64,000 nt of DNA, from positions 1-64,000 of the forward strand of contig NIVC01000656.1 of NCBI GenBank assembly GCA_002269645.1, read 5' to 3'. The position numbers were made by a program, and so were the translations under genes. The notes beneath the pieces are model-generated. The model had not been told where the DNA came from and did not search any database. It saw only the letters and a list, made by a program, of their open reading frames with translations. This DNA is from Macrostomum lignano (lineage: Eukaryota). Shown piece after piece: positions 39,670 to 51,170 of the stretch (within the stretch, counting starts at the first letter, position 1; each line of letters opens with the position of its first letter).

Positions 39670-42600
39670 TTTTATTTTTTGTCTATGGTAAAAAGGCTTT
39701 GTAACAGAGAAGTTCAATGTTCAAGTCTTGACTTGGCATTTCTTTAAGCAAGCCTTAGTCTGCAATAGCTTTTTTAGCTTTCTAGCAATCTTTATATAGC
39801 CTAGCTTATAATAGAATTAACAACTTTTCCTATTAATTGGCAAAACTATCTAGTTTGACATGTTCCTATTTTATAGGCCTATTGTAGGTACCATTTTGCT
39901 TTAGAGTACAGCTAAGAAGAGCATACAAAATTTATGAAGACTTGCCTGCAGACTACATATTAACATAGATAGATAGGATTACTACTGCCTATGCCTTCTT
40001 ATGATACTATGTTATCAAAGAACAAGTCCATACATGCGCAACTGCTGGCTGACCTGGCCACCATAAATTGTGGTAGACTAGGGGTAAGTCGCAAAAATGC
40101 CCATCCCAAAGAATATAGATATAGTACTAATTAGATGATGAGGCATTTAGCCCTTATAAGACAGACATAGTTACTCCTGTTGTTTACCCAAAATTGTGTT
40201 AATGTTGCTCTAGGGTTTCTTTCAACACCCTAATGGAAAAGTGACATTTTCCCGGACATGCATCCGGCACATTTTTTAAATTTCAGGTTGGTGCAGCGTG
40301 GCTATGGGAAGTCACGTGTTTGGCATGGCACGATGCAGTGCAGGAGGTTGCGCAGCGGCAAGACGCAGCATAGGAGGTTGCGTAGCAGCGCGACATGGCG
40401 CAGTATGGTGCAACCCAAGTCGCAACAAGGAAATATATATGCAGCGCGACATGGAGCTTGGCTTGGAGCTTTTAGCTTGGCGCACTTTTAGGGCTAAATT
40501 TTTGGCCTTGGCGCACTTTTAAGCTAAAGGCTGTCGCTTCTTGGCGCATGTCCGAGCAGTTTATGCAAAAATTCCAATTGGGTTTCACAGGTAAATCACA
40601 TTTTTGGTTAAAAAGTAAGTCACATGGCCAGTGTAAATCTAGGGGCCTATTGATCTATTGAAGGTCAAACAGCATAGGCCCTAGCAATAGCAACAATAGG
40701 CCTAAATAGGCATCTGCCTTGGCTTTACTACCTAAGGCCATCAAGAAGAACCATTTGTTCTATGGTTACTAGCTAGCAGTGATGAAAAACCAAAGTTATC
40801 AAGCAAGTAGAACTGTAGAAAATTGACTAGGCCTATTTTATTCATTTTGGAGTTATAGGCCTACAGAAAAGCTATTTGCATAGGCCTAATATTATAAATT
40901 CTGATTAAAAATGGCTGGTCAATGCAAAGGACATTGCATTGAACTAAAATAAAATTTGAGCAATGACCAAATATGACAATTTAATACAAGTCAAAGGCAT
41001 AAAAGTCAAACGATATAGGAGACAAAGTCGCAAAAATAAACACTTTTGTTCAACAAAACTAGGCCTAGGGTAAGTCAAGTTTTCAATTTTCAACCAAAAG
41101 TCGCATAGGCCTAGCCAGAGTAAGTTCAAAGGTTGCACATGGGTTATACAGACCAGTACTACTACAACTTTACAGGTGGCGGATGACTGACAGTTGAAAG
41201 CACTTAATCAACTAGGCCATATACGATTACACGATACCATAGGCCTGCCTAGGCCTAACGATCTGGGCATCTGGCCTAACTTTATTTCATTTTCTGAGTT
41301 TTAGGCCTATGAGAGATACTCTATCACATTCAATGTTTGTAGCTAGGCCACATCGTAAGATTTGTTATATATTTATATCATTTAAATAATTTCAGACATT
41401 AGTGAACAACGGGTGTAACTATAAAACAACTACTAAATTTTTACTAGAATATAACTAGCCAGTTAGACCCCCTTAGGGGGTTGTGGACAAGTTGACCCCC
41501 TTCAGGTACCACGAACTTACAACAACTGTTCATACAAAAAGTACTAAGCCAATCAGCCCCCCCTCCGGAGAGCACAGAATGTAAACATAATGACCAACGT
41601 TTATAGTATAAGACCTAAAGTATAGTATAAGAGTATAGGAGACAAGACAAGAGAGTGTAAGAAATACTATTTTCTATTACATTTAAACTGCAATCGTATT
41701 AACAAAGTATATCCTTATCTCGGCACTATAAGTTTAAAAAGTATCAATTTTAATAATAAAATACATGAAGCAAACAACCGCATTGACATCAAAACGACTA
41801 AAACATTGATAAAAGGCTCAAACTATCAAAGATCGTATTTAGGACATTATCAGACAGACAAACCTTAGAGATTTAGTTATATTGTGATAATGTAAAACGT
41901 TTTAGCGAATTAGCTCAGCTCAGCATCGAACCCATGTTCAGTTCCGTGGTGGGTGGCTAAAATTATTTGCTGCTATAGTGCACGAAATTTGGCCCATCGG
42001 TAAATGTACATGTATACCTGCATATTGTTATCATGTAATTTCACACCCCATGGCACGCAAAAGCCCAAGACAACAGAGATTCCTTGGTCTACTGGGTTTG
42101 TATTCATTCAAATCTGTGTAGCATTTACCATCGATTTTACAAGTTATTTCGAAGCTGCTTTAGAAGTTGATATTCAATGACGATTGACGATCGACTTATA
42201 ATTAAGTGGTGTAGCTATAGGATATCCGCGTGTCGACGCAAATTAATTTCCCCGCTCATGTATGCCTTATACATGTAATAAGTTTTACACCTTCAATTCA
42301 GTTTGAATAGTGTATCAACCCAATTTAGTGAACGTTAATGTTAAAAAATTCTAACATTAAATGGCCGCGGTTTTGATTTGTGTGAAACGTGATTCGACGG
42401 AGGTGTTTTTGAAGGCCCGTTTTTACTTGTATTTATAGCGATGCTTGCCTCTTCAAAAAAGACATTCTACTTTTGCACTATTTACATGTACGAGTGTTGC
42501 GTTCTGATACAATGGCATCTTCTAGTGGTCTAATTAGGTCCTCACGTACATTAATTAATTATACGCGAAAGTTCAATGTACACATGTACATTATACATGC

Positions 42601-43371
42601 AAAAACACATGCAGCTGTGCTGTATGCTTAATACAAGGAGAGGCCGCCATGGATTCCATTGTTAGGGGATTATTAATAAATAACGAAAAATTAATTGTCT
42701 TTGCTAATTTTAGAGCTGCGCATATGGCTCTCATTTTGGCGCCGTAGAAACTCAGCTTGGCGCTGTGGGCACTCGATCATATCACATGTACAGTAGCATG
42801 CATGTTTCCCCAAAACAAAACGACTGATTTCAAATGCGCAAGTTATAAGAGTTTGTTTTATGAACAAATTATAAAAAGCTTTTGAATAAATAAACTTTTC
42901 AAAGACCACGCGGGCGTCACAAGATCCCCGCATTCTTCACTTGGATTTTAGTGATCCATACATGTACATGCATATACCTACATGTACATGTACGTGTACA
43001 TGTGTAAGCTAGTTATAACTCAAACTGAGACGGAAGCATAAGCTCTCGACTAAACTTGTTCTGCCCAGAAACAATTTACATGTAAAAATAAGCGCTCTCA
43101 TGCAGCACACACGACAGTACTCGTACATGCACTGCACCATATGGCGGATATGGAAAATTGCTATAGAGATTGATCGATAAAATATCCTAATAGATTGAGG
43201 GGGGGGGGATCGGCTGTTGCTGCACTGTCTCGACTGTATAACTTATGGATTGTAAATTTTCTTTCTCCAATTTTTTAAAGTCTTTAATATATATGCTGCA
43301 CACAGTGCTTAGGGCGGTAATTCTTCCAGGCAGATTGTATAATCGCGCGACCACACACGGCTTTAGCAACA

Positions 43372-43641
43372 ATGGGAGGCAATCAGTCCTGGCTAAACTG
43401 CGATTCAGCATTGCCAGCTCCGGCTGGTCAGCAGCAGACTGAAGAGGCCGAAGGCAGCCTGTTGCTAGCCGCCCTGCTGTTAATCGGTACAGTACTGCTC
43501 ACTCTGCTCATCACCGCCATCGCTGTTTGCGTAGTCATGATGCGTCGTCAACGAAACGAAGCGCCTGGTACACCGTCCGAGGATATGGACTTCGAAACAT
43601 CTCGGTCGGCTGCTGCGTTCGAGAATAAAGGCTTTAAATGA
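43372..43641 (+). CDS. Small N-myristoylation-motif single-pass membrane protein (89 aa); paralog of 20741-21190
   Basis: MGGNQSWLNCD; TM LLLAALLLIGTVLLTLLITAIAVCVVMM; RRQR; tail AFENKGFK. AG 5 nt upstream of the ATG. A GC-rich island in AT-rich DNA. Confidence 0.75.
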   Translation: MGGNQSWLNCDSALPAPAGQQQTEEAEGSLLLAALLLIGTVLLTLLITAIAVCVVMMRRQRNEAPGTPSEDMDFETSRSAAAFENKGFK

Positions 43642-43802
43642 TTAATACATTATATGAATTTTGCATGGACTCAATTTACTTCATAAACATTGTAAACCAA
43701 TATTTTAGTTACGTAATACATTGTACCCATTGTACCTGGACACTGTAGTTAGAGAGCGCTTTTATTTTTTGTCGTGATTTTTATGCTGGAGGTGAGACGA
43801 AA

Positions 43803-44390
43803 CGGGCGCCCACTAAGGGGGCAGGGGCGCCCACTAAGAGGCAGGGGCGCCCACTAAGGGGGCAGGGGCGCCCACTAAGGGGGCAGGGGCGCCCACTAAG
43901 AGGCAGGGGCGCCCACTAAGGGGGCAGGGGCGCCCACTAAGGGGGAAGGGGCGCCCACTAAAAGGCAGGGGCGCCCACTAAGGGGGCAGGGGCGCCCACT
44001 AAAAGGCAGGGGCGCCCACTAAGGGGGCAGGGGCGCCCACTAAGGGGGCAGGGGCGCCCACTAAGGGAGCAGGGGCGCCCACTAAAAGAGGCAGGGGCGC
44101 CAATAAAGGTACTTATTTTGGAAGGCGCCACTTTATTGGGGGCGCTATTGACTGGGCGCTATTGATCTAGAGCATTAAATTGATACACTAAGGGCGCCAG
44201 CACCAAGGGGCGCCAGCACCAAGGGGCGCCAGCACCAAGGGGCGCCAGCACCAAGGGCGCCAGCACCAAGGGGCGCCAGCACCAAGGGGCGCCAGCACCA
44301 AGGGGCGCCAGCACCAAGGGGCGCCAGCACCAAGGGGCGCCAGCACCAAGGGGCGCCAGCACCAAGGGGCGCCAGCACCAAGGGGCGCCA
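43803..44390. repeat. Two adjacent GGGGCGCC-core minisatellites: 21-bp (GGGCGCCCACTAAGGGGGCAG, 43803-44100) and 16-bp (AAGGGGCGCCAGCACC, 44190-44390)
   Basis: Direct reading. Confidence 0.9.
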
Positions 44391-44899
44391 GAAAACTCAA
44401 CTTTTTCCATTGATGGTGCTTAGACAATAAACGCCAAATTATTTTGTACTTGAAATCCCTCAGCTTAGAGGGAACGATGAAATAGCGCAGCAGCAGCTTA
44501 TTTATAATTCATAGGCAGCAGGTACGCAAACAGCGGTATGAACCGGGAATTCAGTGCTGAAGTGAGGCTTGAGTCTCGGAGCTTCCTTCCTCATCTAGGC
44601 GCATTGTCAGTTCCGATACAATAGCCACTTAAACGGGAGAGGCTACTCCTGGCTACCTTCCTGCTTTCCAGCTGATGAGAAGTAGATCTGAGCGCTTTAA
44701 GCTAAATATATGCTACTGTATTTGTGTAGTATGTGGTTCAGGCTATCGGTAGGCTTCTGGTTACGTACTATTATTTAATTTATTGTTTTAATCAATGTAG
44801 TTCGAGAGATTTTGCTGCGTCTTTAGAAATAATCGGACGCTAAATTAGAAATAAACTGGAGGCGGGTATGGAACTTAGTGCATTTATTATGCTTTATAG

Positions 44900-47800
44900 C
44901 AAGGGTTGGCAAACACGTTTACCTCAAGGGCCAGATGAGGAATCTAGCGCATGACTGCTGAGAGGAGAGGGTGAAATGGAATAGAGAAGAGAGGAGAGGA
45001 GAGGAGAGGAGAGGAGAGGAGAAGAGAGGAGAGGAGAGGAGAGGAGAGGAGAGGAGAGGAGAGGAGAGGAGAGGAGAGGAGAGGAGAGGAGAGGAGAGGA
45101 GAGGAGAAGAGAGAGAGGAGAGGAGAGGAGAGGAGAGGAGAGGAGAGGAGAGGAGGAGAGGAGAGGAGAGGAGAGAGAGAGAGGAGAGGAGAGGAGAGGA
45201 GAGAGAGGAGAGGAGAGGAGAGGAGAGGAGAGGAGAGAGAGGAGAGGAGAGGAGAGAGGAGAGAGAGGAGAGGAGAGAGAGAGGAGAGGAGAGGAGAGGA
45301 GAGGAGAGGAGAGGAGAGGAGAGGAGAGGAGAGAGAGGAGAGGAGAGAGAGGAGAGGAGAGGAGAGAGAGAGGAGAGGAGAGGAGAGGAGAGGAGAGGAG
45401 AGGAGAGGAGAGGAGAGAGAGGAGAGGAGAGGAGAGGAGAGGAGAGGAGAGGAGAGGAGAGGAGAGGAGAGGAGAGGAGAGGAGAGTAGAGGAGAGTAGA
45501 GTAGAGTAGAGTAGAGTAGAGGAGAGGAGAGGACAGGAGAGGAGAGGAGAGGAGAGTAGAGTAGAGTAGAGTAGAGTAGAGTAGAGTAGAGGAGAGGAGA
45601 GGACAGGAGAGGAGAGGAGAGGAGAGTAGAGTAGAGTAGAGTAGAGAAGAGTAGAGTAGAGGAGAGGAGAGGAGAGGACAGGAGAGGAGAGGAGAGGAGA
45701 GTAGAGTAGAGTAGAGTAGAGAAGAGTAGAGTAGAGGACAGGAGAGGAGAGGACAGGAGAGGAGAGGAGAGGAGAGTAGAGTAGAGTAGAGTAGAGTAGA
45801 GTAGAGTAGAGGAGAGGAGAGGACAGGAGAGGAGAGGAGAGGAGAGTAGAGTAGAGGAGAGGAGAGGACAGGAGAGGAGAGGAGAGGAGAGGAGAGTAGA
45901 GTAGAGTAGAGTAGAGTAGAGTAGAGGAGAGGAGAGGACAGGAGAGGAGAGGAGAGGAGAGTAGAGTAGAGTAGAGTAGAGTAGAGTAGAGTAGAGTAGA
46001 GTAGAGTAGAGTAGAGTAGAGGAGAGGAGAGGACAGGAGAGGAGAGGAGAGGAGAGTAGAGTAGAGTAGAGTAGAGTAGAGTAGAGTAGAGGAGAGGAGA
46101 GGACAGGAGAGGAGAGGAGAGGAGAGTAGAGTAGAGGAGAGGAGAGGAATGGAGAGGAGAGAAGAGGAGAGGAGAGGAGAGGAGAGTAGAGTAGAGTAGA
46201 GTAGAGTAGAGGAGAGGAGAGGACAGGAGAGGAGAGGAGAGGAGAGTAGAGTAGAGTAGAGTAGAGTAGAGTAGAGTAGAGTAGAGTAGAGTAGAGGAGA
46301 GGAGAGGACAGGAGAGGAGAGGAGAGGAGAGGAGAGTAGAGTAGAGTAGAGTAGAGTAGAGTAGAGTAGAGTAGAGTAGAGTAGAGGAGAGGAGAGGACA
46401 GGAGAGGAGAGGAGAGGAGAGTAGAGTAGAGGAGAGGAGAGGAATGGAGAGGAGAGAAGAGGAGAGGAGAGGAGAGGAGAGAAGAGGAGAGAAGAGGAGA
46501 GGAGAGGAGAGGAGAGTAGAGTAGAGTAGAGTAGAGTAGAGGAGAGGAGAGGACAGGAGAGGAGAGGAGAGGAGAGTAGAGTAGAGTAGAGTAGAGTAGA
46601 GTAGAGTAGAGTAGAGTAGAGTAGAGTAGAGGAGAGGAGAGGACAGGAGAGGAGAGGAGAGGAGAGGAGAGTAGAGTAGAGTAGAGTAGAGTAGAGTAGA
46701 GTAGAGTAGAGTAGAGTAGAGTAGAGTAGAGGAGAGGAGAGGACAGGAGAGGAGAGGAGAGGAGAGGAGAGGAGAGTAGAGTAGAGTAGAGTAGAGTAGA
46801 GTAGAGGAGAGGAGAGGACAGGAGAGGAGAGGAGAGGAGAGTAGAGTAGAGTAGAGTAGAGTAGAGTAGAGTAGAGTAGAGTAGAGTAGAGTAGAGTAGA
46901 GGAGAGGAGAGGACAGGAGAGGAGAGGAGAGGAGAGGAGAGTAGAGTAGAGTAGAGTAGAGTAGAGTAGAGTAGAGTAGAGGAGAGGAGAGGACAGGAGA
47001 GGAGAGGAGAGGAGAGTAGAGTAGAGGAGAGGAGAGGAATGGAGAGGAGAGAAGAGGAGAGGAGAGGAGAGGAGAGTAGAGTAGAGTAGAGTAGAGTAGA
47101 GGAGAGGAGAGGACAGGAGAGGAGAGGAGAGGAGAGTAGAGTAGAGTAGAGTAGAGTAGAGTAGAGTAGAGTAGAGTAGAGTAGAGTAGAGGAGAGGAGA
47201 GGACAGGAGAGGAGAGGAGAGGAGAGGAGAGTAGAGTAGAGTAGAGTAGAGTAGAGTAGAGTAGAGTAGAGTAGAGTAGAGGAGAGGAGAGGACAGGAGA
47301 GGAGAGGAGAGGAGAGTAGAGTAGAGGAGAGGAGAGGAATGGAGAGGAGAGAAGAGGAGAGGAGAGGAGAGGAGAGAAGAGGAGAGAAGAGGAGAGGAGA
47401 GGAGAGGAGAGTAGAGTAGAGTAGAGTAGAGTAGAGGAGAGGAGAGGACAGGAGAGGAGAGGAGAGTAGAGTAGAGTAGAGTAGAGTAGAGTAGAGTAGA
47501 GTAGAGTAGAGTAGTAGTAGAGTAGAGGAGAGGAGAGGACAGGAGAGGAGAGGAGAGGAGAGGAGAGTAGAGTAGAGTAGAGTAGAGTAGAGTAGAGTAG
47601 AGTAGAGTAGAGTAGAGTAGAGTAGAGTAGAGGAGAGGAGAGGACAGGAGAGGAGAGGAGAGGAGAGGAGAGTAGAGTAGAGTAGAGTAGAGTAGAGTAG
47701 AGGAGAGGAGAGGACAGGAGAGGAGAGGAGAGGAGAGTAGAGTAGAGTAGAGTAGAGTAGAGTAGAGTAGAGTAGAGTAGAGTAGAGTAGAGGAGAGGAG

Positions 47801-48132
47801 AGGACAGGAGAGGAGAGGAGAGGAGAGGAGAGTAGAGTAGAGTAGAGTAGAGTAGAGTAGAGTAGAGTAGAGGAGAGGAGAGGACAGGAGAGGAGAGGAG
47901 AGGAGAGTAGAGTAGAGGAGAGGAGAGGAATGGAGAGGAGAGAAGAGGAGAGGAGAGGAGAGGAGAGAAGAGGAGAGAAGAGGAGAGGAGAGGAGAGGAG
48001 AGGAAAGGAGAGGAGAGGAATGGAGAGGAGAGGAGAGGAGAGACACAAACCTTGAGTCGGCCAGATTGCTATTGTGAAGTGTCAAAGGACCGAGGGCGCA
48101 CGTGGCCCGCGAGCCGAAATTGGCCGACCCTG
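44900..48132. mobile_element. hAT-like MITE expanded by an internal 3-kb pentamer array
   Basis: Left end CAAGGGTTGGCAAAC...AAGGGCCAGAT; right end GGCCCGCGAGCCGAAATTGGCCGACCCTG (reverse complement CAGGGTCGGCCAA). The right end is homologous to 16973-17065. No TSD match. Confidence 0.55.
44985..48040. repeat. 3-kb (GAGAG)n/(GAGTA)n polypurine array with ~890-bp higher-order periodicity
   Basis: The rare variant GGAAT occurs at 46146, 46441, 47036, 47336 and 47927. Confidence 0.95.
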
Positions 48133-48832
48133 CATGCTCTCCAGAGAACGCACAGCGTTGAATGGGATTTCGCCATAGACAAATTATTTTTGCTTTTTAG
48201 TGCGCGAAGCGTTAGCATTAGCAGTAACATTAAGCAAACAATATTAAAATTAACATTCTCACCCTTGAGACAAAAAGGGGAGATTGTCTGGGGTGGGGGG
48301 GAGATTCTCAAGGAGAAGAAGTTTATTTCGTTGGGTGCTTGCAGGATCCAAAAGGCCGCCAAAAGGTATACTCATGAGCTGCTCTGGATATTTCAGGAAC
48401 AACTCGTGGCAAAAAATCTTAAAAGGTGCACTGTCCTATGACCAATACCATTATAGTCTGCATTTGAAATTCCTGCTGTACTTCATAACCAACTAAATTT
48501 TAACAATCACTCTATTTGTAAACCTGTACGAATATTATATTATAACGGGTGTAACTCCAACAACATGCGGACGGATAAATAAAGACTGACTCTTTTTCCG
48601 CGAGGGCACGAGAATGCACTGTGAGCTTCAATCGCAATCGATTCATCAGGTCAGTACATGCGTAGACGCGCAGCTGCGACTGGAGAGGTCTTAATGCAAT
48701 AATGAAAGCGGTCTTAATGCTAGCAAGATTGGCATCCACAGCTACATTGATCCCAAATGTTCCAATAAAATCCCACTGCATGGGATTATAGAAGCCCTCG
48801 CAGCCGCGCACGACTCCTGCTCTCAAACGCAG

Positions 48833-48834
<2 letters not shown>

Positions 48835-48892
<58 letters not shown>
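48835..48892. repeat. (GT)n microsatellite
   Basis: Direct reading. Confidence 0.95.
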
Positions 48893-48895
<3 letters not shown>

Positions 48896-49225
48896 TGTGT
48901 ATGTACGCGCAGAACCCCCTCTCCTCCTTGTGCTCATCCTGCACTGGATTGGATTGCTTGATCTTGGACTGGCTCCTCCTGTCCTCCCTTCCCCTCCCCA
49001 TCACCTCTTCCCACGTTTCTTGCACGAAGATGTAGCTGCTATGGATTTTCCTTTCTCCCCTCTGGCAGATGCTCAGGGCGGATCAGTAGGTTGTGGGAGA
49101 GATAAATTTTAGACTGCAGTTCAGATGTTCAGGGCAAAAAAGTTAAGAATGGAAATAGGCATCATTGAAATTAGCAGGGAATGAACAGCAGCTGTCATCT
49201 AACCGAGACGATCTGCGGCAGGGGA

Positions 49226-50341
49226 ATGTCAAAACTAAAATTATTAGGCGCGGTTGTCTTCATCGCAGTTGCTTTAGTAACGCTCAGCGGATGGGACGAG
49301 AGACTCTTTGGAAAGACTCGCCGCCCGTTGCTGAGGCCAACTGATCACGACTCGAATTCGGCTGAATCGAACTTGCTGCCGCCTTTGTGCGGCAAGTTGC
49401 AGGCAAGATTTCCTCCCGGCTCGATCCCACCGCTGGTGCACTGGACTAGCAGGGACGGCCGAATTCCAGCTAAACTGGTGAACAGCGTGCTGACTTGGCG
49501 ACGCCTGTTGAACAGCAGTGGTGGCGACGCGATTAAGTGGCAATTCATGCACTGGGACGACAGGCAGATCTCTGAGCTGGTCTCAAAGCACTACCCGATG
49601 CTGAACAGGAGCTACGCCAAGCTGGTCAACGGTCTGGAGCGATCTGACATCGGCAGGCTGGTGGTGCTGCACCATGTCGGCGGCATGTACGTCGACACGG
49701 ACGTGGAATTGTTGCGCGATCTTTCGCCGTTGATGAATTCGTCTCGTCTACTGCTCGGTAAGGACACCAGCCGGGCCAGCTGTTGCAGCGCCGTGCTCGT
49801 TGAGGAACCGGTTGAGCACGCTCTGTTTGTGCACAACATGCCAAGACTGGTCTCCAATGCCGTGATGCTGAGCAGGGCGAATCACAGCTTCCTGAATTAT
49901 TTATTAAACTCTTGGCCAACCTGGTTTGAAGCTAACTGGGCCAGAAAAACGAACAGGAGACACACGCAAGCGCCCGAGGTCACCGGGCCGCTCATGCTGA
50001 ACCGGTTCTTCAATGAGTACAGAGCCTGGCCGCCGGACCAGCGACCGTCGGACTGGCCGGGCCTCCAGCTGGTGGACGCTGAACTGTTCCAGCCGAGATT
50101 TGACGAGGCCAGCCAGCACCACCGGTTGAAGAAGGTCTGCTCCACTGCTCCGGAGAAATTGAACCGGCTGAAGAGGCTGCACTGTGAACGGCTGGCGCAG
50201 GCAAAGTTTAGAAATCAGCCAATTCCAAAGCGCGCCTTCACAGTGCACGCCTTCATGCATCTGAGCTACACAAACACCATGGACTTGGCCAATTCGAAGA
50301 CTATCGCTGATTTGTTGCCAATTTCGCACTGTCAATTATGA
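49226..50341 (+). CDS. Intronless GT32-family (OCH1/SUR1-like, DXD) glycosyltransferase, type II membrane protein, 371 aa
   Basis: N-terminal signal anchor LLGAVVFIAVALVTL; IPPLVHWT; HWDD; ERSDIGRLVVLHHVGGMYVDTDVE (RSD..R...L...GG.Y.D.D); VSNAVM; VTGP; HAFMH. Confidence 0.88.
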   Translation: MSKLKLLGAVVFIAVALVTLSGWDERLFGKTRRPLLRPTDHDSNSAESNLLPPLCGKLQARFPPGSIPPLVHWTSRDGRIPAKLVNSVLTWRRLLNSSGGDAIKWQFMHWDDRQISELVSKHYPMLNRSYAKLVNGLERSDIGRLVVLHHVGGMYVDTDVELLRDLSPLMNSSRLLLGKDTSRASCCSAVLVEEPVEHALFVHNMPRLVSNAVMLSRANHSFLNYLLNSWPTWFEANWARKTNRRHTQAPEVTGPLMLNRFFNEYRAWPPDQRPSDWPGLQLVDAELFQPRFDEASQHHRLKKVCSTAPEKLNRLKRLHCERLAQAKFRNQPIPKRAFTVHAFMHLSYTNTMDLANSKTIADLLPISHCQL

Positions 50342-50794
50342 CAAACTCGTCACTGATTGTGTTTTTCTTACATATACATGCAGTACGTCTCACAATTAAG
50401 CCTTCATTATAATTATCAAAGAGTATTTATCAAAGTTGTCATTTCTGGTTGAAGTTTGCTATCGTGTTTTTCTCGATCAAAAAATGGATTTGTTGTCAAG
50501 CAGTGTATTGCTTTTTTTTCACTCCACGCCTCAAATTGTTTCCTCCCTGCTTGACGAACCAAAACTGGTTTGGTCAGGCCTGTTGCAGCTCATATTGTTC
50601 AGTTTTCTATCTCTAAAACCAACCCGTGAATCTTTCTTTGCCTTTCTTATTAATTTTCAAACGCTAAACTCATAAATAAGTAGTCGTACATGTATTTGGA
50701 CTCAATATAACTGCTGACTGGTTTTCATAGATTAAGACATCATTCTGATGGTTTGGTGAGCAACTGGGGGCTTTAGCGTCTCTTCAAAGCATTA

Positions 50795-51170
50795 GTGGCG
50801 CCACATTCATAGTGGCTGTAGCACCACATTCACAAGTGGCTGTAGCACCACATTCACAGTGGCTTTAGCGCCACATTCACAGTGGCTGTAGCACCACATT
50901 CACAGTGACTGTAGAACCACAGTCACAGTGGCTGTAGAGCCACAGTCACAGTGGCTGTAGAGCCACAGTCACAGTGGCTGTAGAGCCACATTCACAGTGG
51001 CTGTAGAGCCACATTCACAGTGGCTGTAGAGCCACATTCACAGTGGCTGTAGAGCCACATTCACAGTGGCTGTAGAGCCACATTCACAGTGGCTGTAGAG
51101 CCACATTCACAGTGGCTGTAGAGCCACATTCACAGTGGCTGTAGAGCCACATTCACAGTGGCTGTAGCGC
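50795..51170. repeat. 23-bp hairpin-forming minisatellite (GTGGCTGTAGAGCCACATTCACA)
   Basis: Each unit contains GTGGCT-GTAG-AGCCAC; the array ends in GCGCCCCCTG, a hAT-like terminus. Confidence 0.9.

Noticed and set aside
44924-48085. >1000-aa ORFs on the minus strand (also 15727-16974)
   Set aside because: Stop-free frames of pentamer arrays.
48512-49112. ORFs spanning the (GT)n repeat upstream of the GT32 gene
   Set aside because: Repeat-driven, with no protein similarity; more likely promoter or 5' UTR sequence.
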